Part shown: positions 45,585 through 57,943 of the stretch, piece by piece
Position numbering within the stretch: position 1 is the stretch's first letter
Layout of the letters: each line of letters opens with the position of its first letter
NCBI GenBank assembly: GCA_963833425.1
Contig: CAWHXP010000005.1
Coordinates: 128,001 to 192,000 of the forward strand
Reading direction: 5' to 3'
Length of the DNA: 64,000 bases
Origin: an uncultured Methanosarcinaceae archaeon
GTDB taxonomy: Archaea > Halobacteriota > Methanosarcinia > Methanosarcinales > Methanosarcinaceae
The notes under the pieces: generated by a model
What the model was told of the DNA's origin: nothing
Seen by the model: the letters and a program-made list of their open reading frames with translations, nothing else
Databases searched by the model: none
Translations under genes and position numbers: made by a program

Positions 45585-45788
45585 TTAGTACCTTTCCTCT
45601 CTGGGCTTCCTGTGGTTGGGAAGACACTCTCTGCAATAGACAGGTCTATCAGGGTCAGGCTTGAAAGGTACCTGTGTCTCAACGCCGCAATCAGAGCACG
45701 TTGCATTGTGCATTTCCTTTGGGCCACCGAAGCCACCGCGATTTCGGTCTTTCCCCTTTGAGGAACTACCTCTGTCATTAAAAGCCAT
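45585..45788 (-). CDS. CxxC-x17-CxxC zinc-ribbon small protein
   Basis: MAFNDRG...KEMHNATCSDCGVETQVPFKPDPDRPVYCRECL; GGAGGTGA RBS. Confidence 0.88.
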   Translation of the reverse strand: MAFNDRGSSSKGKDRNRGGFGGPKEMHNATCSDCGVETQVPFKPDPDRPVYCRECLPNHRKPREERY

Positions 45789-46129
45789 TTTCTTTTCACC
45801 TCCGTTCGCAACGGATAGCCAATAGTTTAAAAACAAGAATTATATAACTCTTTGATTAAAAACAGAAATTAGTTTTTAATAACAGATTATACGCCTCTTT
45901 ATTTTCAATATTCTTATTATACAGTCAAATAATATAAGTCTTACTCATAAAAATGAATACAAAAGATGAATAACACTTTTATCCCCGTAGCTGACTGTTT
46001 TTAAATAAACCTGTTGAACTCCTCAAAGATATTCCAATTACATTAAAATTAACATGAAGATTACCTATAAAGTTAGGAAATTTTTGTTCAAAATCCATTT
46101 TTTCGATGTTTTTTGACATAGGAATATAT

Positions 46130-47110
46130 GAGTCAGTCTCCTCACATATGCTCCACATTCTTATTCTCTGTGAGTGTGATTATTCCATGAATCATTGTTA
46201 TGTGTTCATCAACCCAGAATCTATCAGTCTTAATAATTTCCCCCTCAAATTTCTCCTGTTTTATACCCTGTTTCATCTTTAGATATGTCATTATTTGATG
46301 GGATTCTATATTACAGTGACTATTTACCCTTCCAGTAGAATCATTGTCTTTACATTTTCAATTGATTTCTTTTTCCAGTTAAAAAACTTTTTTAATTTGC
46401 TCTTTATTTCTTGCTGCTGCCTGAACAATTTATTTTAGAATCCTTTTTGTCCTTTTATCCTCTTTTTGTGACTCTACTGTTGCACAATTTATCTTTATTT
46501 TAGCAATTAGAGTTACTGCAATAATTTATCAATGCTCGGAACAGAGATAGAATCTAATAAAAATGATGTTAAGTCACACTTCGGATATGAACTTCGTAGT
46601 ATGATAAACAGGAATTATGACTGATCAAAGATTCAGAACAACAACTTCACTACTTCATGATTCAAGTATAGATTTATCAGAAAAAAAGTAGTGTCTTGCA
46701 AAGACAGAGAGTACTTTGGAGCAAAATCAAAGGTTCTGATTCAACAATAAAAAGAGTAATAAAAAGAACACACTCTGTGAATAAGTAATATATTACGAAG
46801 CAAGAGGGTCAGCTAAAAAAAGCTTCAAGATAATGGATTTGTCTAGTAACTAAAGTGATATTTAAATCAGGATAAGTTCTTGTCACTACTTTCAAAAAGT
46901 GAATCTGAAAATGTTGTGCACATATTTTTGTTATATGCTCTATCAGTTTATGGCATTCAAAACAAAAGAAGTATTTTGAGGACATTGGAAGCTATCTTTA
47001 AAATCAAAGAATGATGGATCCGATAGAAATCGGATCAAATAAAGAAATCCGCGATAAAATTTCGGACAGAATTCCTGCGAAGAAAAAAATTTGAGGTGAA
47101 TCAGAATCCT
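46130..47110. mobile_element. Decayed IS110/IS5 chimera, copy 2
   Basis: TTAGCAATTAGAGTTACTGCA...CATGATTCAAGTATAGATTTATC repeated from 44731 onward with the same junction. Boundaries approximate. Confidence 0.6.
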
Positions 47111-47459
47111 CTTTATTTTGTCTGAATCTGTTTTAGCTTCATTTTCGATGAAAATTGCTCAGAATGACATCTCTTTGTGAATGTTGAGATTATGCAAAAC
47201 AAGTTTGACTACTTCTGCTTTGTATTATTTTCAAATGGGTAGAATCGTTATGGATTGTGCACAATCAGTCCTGATTCTTCTTTTGATGGCCGAAGCAACT
47301 CTTTTTCCTGCTTTGGATGCTACATCAAATAACATCTTTGCTGTCCTATTCCCAAATATTCACAATTTTACTTTTTTGAGTCTCCAAGCTTCATAAGACC
47401 GATCATTCTCTCATCTTTAAGCAGTTGCTTTGTTCCTTCGCGAAGCTACCTGAAAATAA

Positions 47460-47960
47460 TTACCAATCAATTTTTATTTCAACTGGTTTTTCTTCAATAC
47501 AACGTCTAAAAGTAACTTCCAGCACTCCATTTTTATAGTTGGCTTTTGCACTATTTGTATCCACACGTACTGGAAGCTCTACATTTTCTGAATATTCAAA
47601 AGGTTTAATGATCCTTATTTCTAAATTTTGAGCAGTCGCTTGCAGAAGGATATTTTCCTTTTTAATCTCTGAAAATTCTGCAAGTACATGTACCAATTCT
47701 TCGTTTTCAAAAATATCAATTAAAGGATCTTTTACTTCGGAGGGAAAGATCTTCTCGCCATTTTGCGGATATTCTGAAATATTTCCAAACTTCTGGAATT
47801 CAGGATCTTCTCCTGAGCGACGAATGATGGAAAATCCGTATACGAATGGAATCGAGTCTCCCATTTCTTCCAGGAGAGTTTCGATTATTTCTTCCAAGTT
47901 GTCAAAAAGTTCAGCTCCAAAATCTTCAAAGAAATCCTTTCTTTTTCTTATGCCCACCAT
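47460..47960 (-). CDS. Archaeal Hsp20-family protein
   Basis: PFVYGFSI...FGNI...PLIDIFE...AKANYKNGVLEV, C-terminal IKID. Confidence 0.85.
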   Translation of the reverse strand: MVGIRKRKDFFEDFGAELFDNLEEIIETLLEEMGDSIPFVYGFSIIRRSGEDPEFQKFGNISEYPQNGEKIFPSEVKDPLIDIFENEELVHVLAEFSEIKKENILLQATAQNLEIRIIKPFEYSENVELPVRVDTNSAKANYKNGVLEVTFRRCIEEKPVEIKIDW

Positions 47961-47994
47961 TATTACCTCTGCTTTTCCTCGCGCTCCCAAGAGA

Positions 47995-48531
47995 TTACTC
48001 AATATTGATTGAGGATCGAGAACTGGATTCTAGCCTCTTTAAAATTACTTCCAGCACGCCGTTTTTATATGTGGCTCTTGCACTCAGGGGGTCAACCTTC
48101 ACCGGCAGTTCCACAAGTTCGGAATATTTTGGATTCCCATCTATTGTTTTGATGTCAAGTATTAAATCAGTTGCGTTTAACAGAATATTTTCTTTCTCAA
48201 TGCCCGGTATTTCAGCGATCACATGCAGTGTATCCTCGGTTTCCAGGATATCAATGAGAGGTTTTCTTATGTCAAGATAGCGTTTGTCCCCTATTTCTAT
48301 TTGCTCAGATGTAGGAATATTTCCAAATTCTCGGATTTTAGGGCCTTCTTCTCGTCTCTGGTTTACAGAAAAGCCGTAAACAAAAGAATTTTGCTCAAAA
48401 TATTCTATATTTATACCTATTATCCTGTTGAGGCAATCAAAAATTTCGTCCATGCTCTGAAAGGCATCGATTCCAAAAATTTTATCGAAAAATACTCTCC
48501 TTTTTCTCTCGTCTCTGTCCATCGTCATCAC
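47995..48531 (-). CDS. Archaeal Hsp20-family protein
   Basis: FVYGFSV...PKIREFGNI...PLIDILE...AEIPGIEKE...ARATYKNGVLEV, C-terminal INIE. Confidence 0.88.
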   Translation of the reverse strand: MMTMDRDERKRRVFFDKIFGIDAFQSMDEIFDCLNRIIGINIEYFEQNSFVYGFSVNQRREEGPKIREFGNIPTSEQIEIGDKRYLDIRKPLIDILETEDTLHVIAEIPGIEKENILLNATDLILDIKTIDGNPKYSELVELPVKVDPLSARATYKNGVLEVILKRLESSSRSSINIE

Positions 48532-48662
48532 TTAGTTATTAAATTATCGATTTTCAGTTTATTGAAATTGAGAATTGATGAAACAACAAATATCTTTGAG
48601 TAGTTCCTTCAAATTCCAAAAACTGAAAATGCTGAATTTTTCCGTTCTTTCAAGCAGAAGGC

Positions 48663-50927
48663 TTAATCTGCCTGAAGCAGACTTAGAGTATTTTTATGTT
48701 CAATTTCTTTTTCTTGCTCTCCAGCCTCAAAATCTTCTTCTTCAAGATCAGTTGCATATTTCGCAAAAAGTTCAGTACTTTGGTCATAGATCTTAAGAGA
48801 ATCCTTAGATGTTGTAGGTTTTACACGACGTATCGCTCGCTCGAAATGGGTTTTCGAAATCTTGACTTCTCTTGCCTTTTCCTCAATATCTTTTCGTGCA
48901 ATACCAGGAGTAACTATCGATCTGAGAGCTAACATTGCAGCTTCCCTACAGACGCTTCCGATATCTGCACCTACATATCCTTCGGTGATATCAGCAAGCT
49001 CAGAAAGTCTCACATCCTCAGTAAGGGGTTTTCCTCGTGTATGGATCTCAAATATTTTTTCTCTGCTCTCTTTTCCAGGAGGCTTAATATAAATGAGTCT
49101 GTCAAAACGACCGGGTCTTAGAAGGGCGGAATCTACCATATCTGGCCGATTTGTAGCTGCGACTATGATCACATCCTTTAGCTCCTCTACTCCATCCAAC
49201 TCGGTGAGTATCTGGCTGACGACTCTTTCGGATACATGTGTATCGGATACAGAGCTTCTTTGAGGAGCAATTGAATCGATCTCGTCAAAGAAAATTACAG
49301 TAGGAGCAGCTTGTTTTGCTTTCCGGAAGGTTTCCCTTATTGCGCGTTCAGATTCACCTACGTACCTGCTGAGAAGTTCTGGGCCTTTAATACTGATGAA
49401 ATTTGCTTCACTCTCGCTGGCCACGGCTTTTGCAAGCAGAGTTTTACCCGTACCAGGTGGTCCGAAAAGTAATACCCCTCTTGGAGGCTTTATACTAACG
49501 GTTTTGAATATTTGTGGGTACTTCAAAGGCCATTCTACAGCCTCAATCAGTTCTTGTTTTGCCTTTTCAAGTCCACCGATATCATCCCAGCTCACATGTG
49601 GAACCTCAACATAAACTTCCCTCATGGCTGAAGGCTCGATGTTTTTCAGGGCTTCCCTAAAGTCTTCTTTTGTAACCTCAAGGTTATCAAGGATCTCCTG
49701 TGGGATTTCTTCTTCCATATCTATTTTGGGAGTGATTCTTCTTAGAGCGTGCATTGCAGCTTCCTTACAGAGGGATGATAAATCAGCTCCCACAAACCCA
49801 TGAGTCACATCGGCTATTTCACCAAGGCTTACATCCTGTTCGATGGGCATGCCTCTGGTGTGAATGAGAAGAATCTGCTTCCTGCCATTTCTATCGGGAA
49901 TTCCGATCTCTATCTCCCTATCAAACCTTCCGCCACGGCGGAGTGCTTCGTCTATTGAGTTTGGTCGGTTTGTAGCAGCGATTACAACTACTTGACCCCG
50001 GGTCTTAAGCCCGTCCATTAATGAAAGCAGCTGGGCAACTACCCTGCGTTCCATTTCTCCGGTGACTTCGCTTCTTTTAGGAGCTATAGAGTCAATCTCG
50101 TCTATAAAGATGATAGAAGGTGCATCTTTCTCAGCTTCTTCAAAAATTTCTCGAAGCTTATGCTCGCTTTCTCCGTAATACTTGGAAACTATCTCAGGAC
50201 CACTGATAGTGATGAAGTTGGCATCAGTTTCACTTGCTACTGCCTTTGCGATTAATGTTTTGCCCGTTCCCGGAGGACCATGAAGAAGAACCCCTTTTGG
50301 GGGTTCAATCCCAAGCTTCTGGAATAGTTCAGGATGTCTCAGTGGCAGCTCGATCATTTCTCTGACAAGCTGAATTTCTCGCCTAAGCCCACCTATATCC
50401 TCATATGAAATACCTTCCTGAATCCTAATTTCCTCAACATTTTTTTCCTTGATTAGGATTTCAGTGTCCTTGGTGACAACCACAGGACCTGCAGGTTTTG
50501 TCGATGCCACAACGAAAGTTAGGGGGTTATTTACAGTTTCCACCCTTATCTGTTGACCTTTGTTCAGAGGCCTTCCCTCAATAATTCTGAGGATATAGTG
50601 TGCGCCTCCAACAAGTCTTATAGGCTGGAAAGGAGCTAGAGTAATCCTCTGAGCATGTTTTGCCTGGACTTTCTGAATAGTGACCCTATCGTCAATCCCT
50701 ACTTTTGCATTGCTACGCAGGTTTCCATCTATTCGTATCCTATTTTCCTGTTCCCGTTCTACGTTTGGCCAGGCGATTGCATAAGTTTTTGCTTTTCCTG
50801 CGATTTCAATAATATCCCCGCTTATCAGCCCCATCTGCTGCATCAGCCGAGTATCTATTCTTGCAATTCCCCTGCCTACGTCTTTGTGATAAGCTTCAGT
50901 TACTCTCAGATTAATTTCTTCAATCAT
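48663..50927 (-). CDS. cdc48: CDC48/VCP-family AAA+ ATPase
   Basis: N-domain ([10 protein letters not shown]), two AAA modules (GPPGTGKT twice, [14 protein letters not shown] and LRPGRFDR). Confidence 0.95.
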   Translation of the reverse strand: MIEEINLRVTEAYHKDVGRGIARIDTRLMQQMGLISGDIIEIAGKAKTYAIAWPNVEREQENRIRIDGNLRSNAKVGIDDRVTIQKVQAKHAQRITLAPFQPIRLVGGAHYILRIIEGRPLNKGQQIRVETVNNPLTFVVASTKPAGPVVVTKDTEILIKEKNVEEIRIQEGISYEDIGGLRREIQLVREMIELPLRHPELFQKLGIEPPKGVLLHGPPGTGKTLIAKAVASETDANFITISGPEIVSKYYGESEHKLREIFEEAEKDAPSIIFIDEIDSIAPKRSEVTGEMERRVVAQLLSLMDGLKTRGQVVVIAATNRPNSIDEALRRGGRFDREIEIGIPDRNGRKQILLIHTRGMPIEQDVSLGEIADVTHGFVGADLSSLCKEAAMHALRRITPKIDMEEEIPQEILDNLEVTKEDFREALKNIEPSAMREVYVEVPHVSWDDIGGLEKAKQELIEAVEWPLKYPQIFKTVSIKPPRGVLLFGPPGTGKTLLAKAVASESEANFISIKGPELLSRYVGESERAIRETFRKAKQAAPTVIFFDEIDSIAPQRSSVSDTHVSERVVSQILTELDGVEELKDVIIVAATNRPDMVDSALLRPGRFDRLIYIKPPGKESREKIFEIHTRGKPLTEDVRLSELADITEGYVGADIGSVCREAAMLALRSIVTPGIARKDIEEKAREVKISKTHFERAIRRVKPTTSKDSLKIYDQSTELFAKYATDLEEEDFEAGEQEKEIEHKNTLSLLQAD

Positions 50928-51616
50928 TTATTCTCAGCTCCAGTCTCACATAGTCGCCAATAGTGTTGATTATTTTTAATGCTATACTCGATGAATCCTC
51001 TCTCCTCAAGGTCTATTAGATTGGCATTGATAATGCTCGGATGCAGACGCAGGTTGTAGCATAGGGCAGCTAGAGTCGTTTCACTTTTTAGAAGCTCAAA
51101 AAGAAGTTCGCACTCTACAGGGTTTTTGGCGATCTCTTCAATTGAGTCTATGCAGAGGTTCATCATTTCTGTGTACTCAACCTGAAGATGCGTCTGCATC
51201 TGTGCTAGCTCTTTCTGTCTTTTTTTCAGCTCCTGGAGTCTGCTGCTCAATTTCAGGAAGAAAAAAGACGATTCTTCTATTGCAGTAGTTTCCTTCTTCC
51301 CAGTTACATAAGATTCTCCTATTATCTCCTTGTCAAAAGCAAGATCTTGAAGTGTCACAGTATAGGAGTATGGCGACACTGAGACTTCAAGTCGCATGTT
51401 ATTTACAATATTGAAGTACTTGCGCCTCTGTTCGTCAACGCTGTACTCTATTAACCCTGCCTGTTCAAGCAGATTCAGATGACTTATTATAGCTTTTGGC
51501 CCTACTCCCAGTCTGCTTGCTATCTCACTTACATAACAGGGGCGATTTGCAAGAAGCTGAATAATCTTCCTACGGTTCTCATTTCCCAGAATGTCAAGTA
51601 ATTTTGCAGGATCCAT
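50924..51616 (-). CDS. ArsR-type heat-shock regulator (HSR1/Phr-like)
   Basis: [27 protein letters not shown]...GPKAIISHL...RRKYF; first gene of the cdc48-hsp20 operon. Confidence 0.85.
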   Translation of the reverse strand: MDPAKLLDILGNENRRKIIQLLANRPCYVSEIASRLGVGPKAIISHLNLLEQAGLIEYSVDEQRRKYFNIVNNMRLEVSVSPYSYTVTLQDLAFDKEIIGESYVTGKKETTAIEESSFFFLKLSSRLQELKKRQKELAQMQTHLQVEYTEMMNLCIDSIEEIAKNPVECELLFELLKSETTLAALCYNLRLHPSIINANLIDLEERGFIEYSIKNNQHYWRLCETGAENK

Positions 51617-51796
51617 TTTTTTCCCCTATAGTACTTGTTAAAGTATTTCGACAACAATATCGAATTTTTACCTTCAGGATACTTTTCAAATGGATTTTAA
51701 TAATCAGTAATTTTTTAAGTAAATTCTAACAGGGTTACTTAAATCCCTTGAAAACTTTGGCCAGGGGACTGACTGCGGATTAGTATGCAATTGATA

Positions 51797-51827
51797 ATAA
51801 CTAACAGTTAGTATTAATTGTATATAA
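51797..51827 (-). promoter_or_regulatory. Heat-shock operon promoter: TATA box plus HSR1-like operator
   Basis: Minus-strand TTATATA at 51827-51821; ATAAC-N5-GTTAG at 51797-51811, one mismatch to CTAAC-N5-GTTAG. Confidence 0.6.
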
Positions 51828-53086
51828 TCTTACCTAAATTCAACTTACAGATATTGTAGCTTACGGATCAACAAAATTAGTGAGAAATGCTATAGCATAA
51901 ATAAACATAAAAACTTTGCAATATTTATATTTTGCTTTATCTGGTAAAGTTCCTATATTAATATAATAAATATATTTGATTTTACATATTTTACTAATTA
52001 ATACAGTATGATATCACAAAGAAGTATTATATCACAAATATCACAAGAATGTTTTTATAAGAAAAATTGAGAAATAAAAGAATATAAATTCTAAAATTTA
52101 ATTATATTGAACAAACAAAAGCATAAAGCTAATTAAGGCATACATAAAGAGAATTTTGATAAATCTTCATGCGTTTGAATATTGTGTTTGAATCTGATAG
52201 TACTAATTTTTACTCATGAAAATTTTTACTTATCTTGCTCTTAAAGGAGAATACAAACTCTCAGTTAGTTGGAGACAAACTTGCTGGAATTGATTCCTTG
52301 ATTAATTGGAAGTTTTTTCGTATCATTTTCGAGTCCATGTATTTTTAAATAGAAGTTTTCTGAGGCAGGCCTGAAGATTATGCAATTATAACTCTTAAAA
52401 GAATTGTTTTACAGAAATAGCATGATCCTTTCGACTTTGAGCTTGGGAAACAATGTATTGATTGAATTTTCTTCAGGAACTTTCTTGTTTTTCTGAGTAC
52501 ATACTTGACTGTACCCGGTCCGATAGATTAGAAAAAGAATTATTTGTAACTGCAGGAGAAGAAATAAGGAACAATTGAAAGACTACTTGATTGCACTAGT
52601 TTTGAAAAATAAAAATGGTAACTGGGTAATGGCAGAATACATGAGAAAATTTAAAATTCATGCACTATCAATGGCGTTGGTAACGTTTAAGATGTTAATA
52701 ATTTTCTGACAAACAAAAATGTATTTATGCTATCTGCTGCTGGTAAATCGTCTATTTTGCTAACAAAAAATATATTAACGTAGTACCAATGATAGCATTC
52801 AAATTACGACGAAAATAGAACAAAATTAAAATGGAAGGTAATAGTTATCAAAATGGTCCGCATTTGGGTGAAAATAGATTATGGCACATTCACAAACGAA
52901 TTAATTTGGTTATTTCCATTTAAAATTTATTCTACATTTTTAGGTATTTTATATACTGAAAACGCTTGAGCATAGGATTCGTAAATTTTCATCAAATGCA
53001 ATAGAAGCACTTTTTTTTGGATTTATCTATAGCTCAAGGACACGAAAAAATTATATATAAATTTAAAATAGAGGCAGGAAAAAGTT

Positions 53087-53926
53087 TCAATCATTTCCGA
53101 GTTCTTTTGAGCATTTATTTTTCCTTAGTTCTTTTGAGCGTTCACTTGCCCTAATTACTGCGCTCATAAATGCAGCCCTGATTCCGGCTTCTTCAAGAGC
53201 ATGAATGCCTTGAATCGTAGTTCCGGCTGGAGAAGTGACCATATCTTTGAGTTCTCCTGGATGCATACCTGTTTCAAGGACCATTTTTGCAGCTCCAAGC
53301 ACAGTCTGAGCTGCCAATATCTGGGCACTTTTTCTATCCATTCCTTCAAGAACAGCTCCATCAGCCATTGCCTCGATAACAGGGAAAATAAAAGCTGGCC
53401 CGCTTCCTGAAAGACCAGTAACAGCATCCATGAGAGATTCAGGCACCTGGACTGCTGTACCAACTGCAGAAAATATCTCAAGAGTAATCTTCAGGTCCTC
53501 AGGAGTGGCATTCTTGCCAAGTGCAATTCCTGAAGCAGCTTCCAAAACTGTGGCTGCAATGTTCGGCATTACACGTATAATCCTGGTGCCTTTGAGGAGG
53601 GCATGTTCATAAGTGAAAAGAGGCACGCCTGCAGCAATCGAAATCACAAGTTTGTCAGAAGTTATGTAATCCCTTAAATCTACGAGAACAGATTCTAATG
53701 TATTTGGTTTCACTGCGAGAATAAGAATATTCGATTTCTGAGCAATAACGACATTGTCAGTCGATACCATTATCCCCATCTTTGCTTGCAGGTCTCTCAG
53801 AAAAGGCTCGTAGACATCACTTGCACCAATATTGTCATGTTTTACGATTCCGGCTTTGATAATGCCCTTAATGATAGCAGATCCCATTTTTCCTGCTCCT
53901 ATAAATCCTATATTTCGGTTTTCCAT
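53087..53926 (-). CDS. proC: Pyrroline-5-carboxylate reductase
   Basis: IGFIGAGKMG, LAVKP, SIAAGV, RVMPN, GLSGSGPA, VTSPAGTT. Confidence 0.95.
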   Translation of the reverse strand: MENRNIGFIGAGKMGSAIIKGIIKAGIVKHDNIGASDVYEPFLRDLQAKMGIMVSTDNVVIAQKSNILILAVKPNTLESVLVDLRDYITSDKLVISIAAGVPLFTYEHALLKGTRIIRVMPNIAATVLEAASGIALGKNATPEDLKITLEIFSAVGTAVQVPESLMDAVTGLSGSGPAFIFPVIEAMADGAVLEGMDRKSAQILAAQTVLGAAKMVLETGMHPGELKDMVTSPAGTTIQGIHALEEAGIRAAFMSAVIRASERSKELRKNKCSKELGND

Positions 53927-54084
53927 AAATGATCCTCCTTATTTCCAACGACGATTACGATATAAAGAGATACTGTCTGTATTAATTGCAAAATAATTTC
54001 GCAGAACCTTATAGGATCGAGAAAGATTCCAAGTGATAAAAAATTTATCTAAACTTTTCAAGACTATATATTGCTTTAATTTAA

Positions 54085-55233
54085 TTATTCCAATATGCCA
54101 ATATTTTCTTTTTTTATTACATTATCATAATTTTTATAGCCCAAAATACTTTCAATTTTATTTGTATGGGCTCCTTTTATTTTAATAAGTTCTTGAGAGG
54201 TGTAATCTGTTATTCCCTTTGAAAAAATCCTGCCTTCACATTCTATTTTTACTACGTCTCCCCTATCAAAAATTCCCTCAACATCTACAACACCTGCTGG
54301 AAGAAGGCTTTTTTTTCCTAGAATCGCAGCCTTTGCACCTGCATCTACATGAATAGTGCCAGAAGCCCTTGAAAGAATGATCCAACGGGAACGGTTTTTC
54401 GGTATACACCCCTCTGATAGAAAGAAGGTTCCGATATCTTTCCCTGAAATAGCACCCAGAACTACATTCTCAATTTCGCTGTTCGCAATTAACATGTAAC
54501 AACCTGCCATGCTACAGATCTTAGCAGCTTGTATCTTGGTTTTCATTCCGCCTACACCCTTGAAGCTTGTAGAGTCACCACCATAACTCTCTATTTCGGG
54601 TGTGATCTTTTCCACAAGGGACAGAAATCTGGCATCGTTATTCGTCTTGGGGTTCCTGTCAAACAGACCGTCGATGTCCGACAGGATAATCAGAAAATCG
54701 GCGTCTATTTTGCTTGCAACCATTGCAGAAAGTTTGTCATTGTCCCCGAATATTGCTTCAATCTCATTTGTACATATGCAGTCGTTTTCATTTATTATTG
54801 GAATGACCCCATACTCCAGGAGGGTAGATATACTGTTCCTCAAGTTGAGGTAAGATACTCTATCCGAATAGAATTCATAAGTAAGAAGGATCTGAGCGAC
54901 TTTCAGGTTATGCTTTAAAAAAGCTTCGCTCCAGTACTGCATTAGAATGCTTTGTCCAACAGCTGCCGCTGCCTGCCTAATAGGTATTTCACGGGGCTTT
55001 GGAGCAATACCCAGTTCTTGAAGTCCTACGGTAATTGCTCCTGAACTTACTATAATTATTTCTTTCCCCTGCTTTCGAAGCTCGAAAACCTGGGCTGCAA
55101 TACTTTCCATAAAAGTGGGATCAATACTACAATTTTCCTTTGTATCGGTACAATTTTTTTTTGTAATAGATGAAGTGCCTATCTTGATAACGATTTTATT
55201 CACATCATTGAGAAATTGTTTTCTATCTGCCAC
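54085..55233 (-). CDS. proB: Glutamate 5-kinase with PUA domain
   Basis: VIKIGTSS, VSSGA, AAAVGQ, PIINEND, FGDNDKLS, GGMKTK. Confidence 0.95.
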   Translation of the reverse strand: MADRKQFLNDVNKIVIKIGTSSITKKNCTDTKENCSIDPTFMESIAAQVFELRKQGKEIIIVSSGAITVGLQELGIAPKPREIPIRQAAAAVGQSILMQYWSEAFLKHNLKVAQILLTYEFYSDRVSYLNLRNSISTLLEYGVIPIINENDCICTNEIEAIFGDNDKLSAMVASKIDADFLIILSDIDGLFDRNPKTNNDARFLSLVEKITPEIESYGGDSTSFKGVGGMKTKIQAAKICSMAGCYMLIANSEIENVVLGAISGKDIGTFFLSEGCIPKNRSRWIILSRASGTIHVDAGAKAAILGKKSLLPAGVVDVEGIFDRGDVVKIECEGRIFSKGITDYTSQELIKIKGAHTNKIESILGYKNYDNVIKKENIGILE

Positions 55234-55373
55234 TCATAAAGCCTCTTAGGGTGTGTTGAAAATACGGTTGAAATAAATTTTTAACCGCAATCTAAGTTTC
55301 GGTCACTTTTAATAAATTTGCGCTTGGTTTTCAATTCAGAATTATTATTCTCATCGCAAATCTTAAAGGACTT

Positions 55374-56717
55374 TCAACTAACATCTCTAAATTTAGTATT
55401 AAGTTTCCGATGGGTATACGGTCTTGCGTCATTTCCTGTATAATTCGCGACAATGTGCCCCTTTCCCAAAAGTATATACTTATATATCAGCAATCCTTCC
55501 ATCCCCACAGGCCCGCGGGAATGGATCTTGTTTGTACTAATTCCTACTTCAGCTCCTTTCCCATAACGATATCCGTCTGCAAAACGAGTTGAGGCATTTA
55601 CCATGATACTTGAAGAGTCAACAAGTCCTATGAACTCTTTTCTCCTTGAAGCATTTTCAGTGATTATTCCATCAGTGTGATGGGAACCGAATTTGTTTAT
55701 GTGATCAATAGCTTCTTTTAAGGAACTAACGAGCTTTATCGAAAGGATTAGATCATCGTACTCTAGACTCCAGTCCTCTTCAGTTGACTTTTCAAGCGAA
55801 GAAAACCCTCTACTTACAAGTAGAGTGTAACTTTCGTTATCACATCGTAGTTCAACACCCGCCTCAATATATATTTCTGCCATTTTAAGTAAGAATACTT
55901 CTGCAATCCTACGGTTTACCAGGAGAGTTTCGATTGCATTGCATGCAGCAGGGTATTGCAATTTGGAGTCAAAGCAGACATTAAAAGCTGTATCGAGATC
56001 CGCATATTCATCCACATATACGTGGCATACTCCGCTAGTATGTCCAAGTACAGGTATTTTCGTATTGTTTTGTATAAACTTTACAAACTCATTTGAACCT
56101 CTTGGTATAAGGAGGTCGATATAGGTGTCAAGATTCAAAAGGTCCATCACTTCTTCTCTAGTTTCCATGAGCTGGAAAGCACCTTCTGGCATACCACTAG
56201 TAGATTCGATAGCTTTTAAAAGAATATTGAAAATAGTGCGATTTGACTCTCCTGCCTCGCTTCCACCTTTAAAAATAGTTGCATTCCCACTCTTCAAACA
56301 AAGTGACATGACCTGAGGTACTACATCGGGTCTAGATTCAAAGATAACTCCTATCAAGCCTATGGGACAACTTACCTGGTAGAGAACGAGATCCCTGTCA
56401 AGCTCAAGAGTAGAAATAGTATCTCCTACAGGATCTTTGAGCTTTATGACGTCTCTTATTCCTGCTATCATCTCATCAATCTTCTGGTCATTTACTTTGA
56501 GTCTGTCTACAAGGGCTTGAGTAAGCTTCCCGTTATTTTTCAGCTCAATTGCATATTCAAGATCCTTTGAATTTGCGTCTAGAATAACTTGTCTCCCTTT
56601 ATCGATGGCTTCAGCCATAGACTCTAAAGCTATATTTTTTATCCTTTCGCTTAAATTGGCAAGTTCGATTGACGCTTTTTTTGCAGTTATTACTTTGTTT
56701 ATAATCTCTTTAGCCAT
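55374..56717 (-). CDS. proA: Gamma-glutamyl phosphate reductase
   Basis: IFESRP, KGGSEA, IPRGS, ACNAIETLL, NASTRFADG, EVGIST.KIHSRGPVG. Confidence 0.95.
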   Translation of the reverse strand: MAKEIINKVITAKKASIELANLSERIKNIALESMAEAIDKGRQVILDANSKDLEYAIELKNNGKLTQALVDRLKVNDQKIDEMIAGIRDVIKLKDPVGDTISTLELDRDLVLYQVSCPIGLIGVIFESRPDVVPQVMSLCLKSGNATIFKGGSEAGESNRTIFNILLKAIESTSGMPEGAFQLMETREEVMDLLNLDTYIDLLIPRGSNEFVKFIQNNTKIPVLGHTSGVCHVYVDEYADLDTAFNVCFDSKLQYPAACNAIETLLVNRRIAEVFLLKMAEIYIEAGVELRCDNESYTLLVSRGFSSLEKSTEEDWSLEYDDLILSIKLVSSLKEAIDHINKFGSHHTDGIITENASRRKEFIGLVDSSSIMVNASTRFADGYRYGKGAEVGISTNKIHSRGPVGMEGLLIYKYILLGKGHIVANYTGNDARPYTHRKLNTKFRDVS

Positions 56718-56831
56718 ATAATCACCATCTTTATCCAAAAAAGCCTATAGTTTCAATCATGTAGCTAGGAAACTAAACTCTTTAATCGTGTAATTAATTT
56801 AAAGAATATTGGGCATTGTCAGTATCTTGAT

Positions 56832-57943
56832 GAAGAGTGCATAATTTTCGGAAAAATCTATAATATACTCCTTTTTTTTTGATCACTGTGCCATTACTAT
56901 TATACTTGTTTCCCGTTATCCAGTTTTCATATACATCAATGAGTATTGAGCCTGCTCATTTCAATATAGATTCCTGGTTAGAGAACGCCCTCAACATTTT
57001 GCTTCTTGTTTTAGTTCCTTGTAGTCCTTTCCATCATATTTGTTGTTCTTATTTTTTTTCCAGTAATTCTCTGGAAACTGAATATAATTCATCATATTTT
57101 ACTGGAAGCTTTCAAGCGCGTTAACTGCGCTTTTACATTCCAAACTATCAAGTTCAAGAACCAGGTTATGCCGCTTCTGAGGATTTATCAAATACTTATT
57201 TCAATTTCTCAATCACTTCGTTTTGCTTCTTTTTTGGCACAGTCTTGAGCACTTGTCTGATTAATTGACGTGACATGTCTGAAAGCTTATCCAAAAAAGA
57301 TTTTCTGATTTCTTTATTTATTACTTTACGCTCATCAGGAACTATTAACTTTAAACCTCTTAAACATCTTTCTTTCAGATCATCAAAGAGATCTTCAAAA
57401 AATAAAGAATATTCAATGTCTAATGATCTTGCTTCGAGGATTTTAAGGTAACCATCACACCCTAAATTCAAGCAACTGAGGGTTTCCAAGCCCTTGTTCT
57501 GATATCAAAAAATATTCAAAGTCAAATATATTCATTTGTTTGGATTCTTCTTTTCCCTGTTTCCTTGGATTTCCAACATAGTCTTTAATTACATCGGAAG
57601 TTGTACCATGATTCACAGTTTCATTGTTACTTCGATCTGTCCAAAATTTATAAATTCTAAATTATTTTTTAATCTCAGAATATTTTTAAAGATTGTTCTT
57701 GCTTTGATGCTTTTTATAATCCACATCAATCCTGAAGGGAATGTTTTGGCTCAACACCAACAAAAAAATAAGCATTCTCTCGATTATTGCTGATTGCATC
57801 AAACTCAAAAAATGTATTTTACCAATTTGAAGGAAATATTTTTAAATAATTAATGATATAACCGTCTAAATAAAAATCTTTTAGATTTTCAACACAAAAA
57901 ACGTGTTAGTCCGTTTTATTGACACAAATTTTGCATCACTTAC
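56832..57943 (-). mobile_element. Decayed IS256-family element
   Basis: Fragments EDLFDDLKERCLRGLKLIVPD.RK and, across shifted frames, IRTTNMMERTTRN...AFSNQESILK; imperfect terminal repeats. Confidence 0.7.

Noticed and set aside
45300..47110. IS110 bridge RNA in the shared non-coding block
   Set aside because: The block lies beyond the IS5 fragment, not at an identifiable IS110 end, and the IS110 recombinase survives only as a C-terminal relic.
378..56316. Many short track ORFs antisense to purL, topA, thiC, cdc48 and proABC
   Set aside because: Shadow frames of well-supported genes with no independent evidence.
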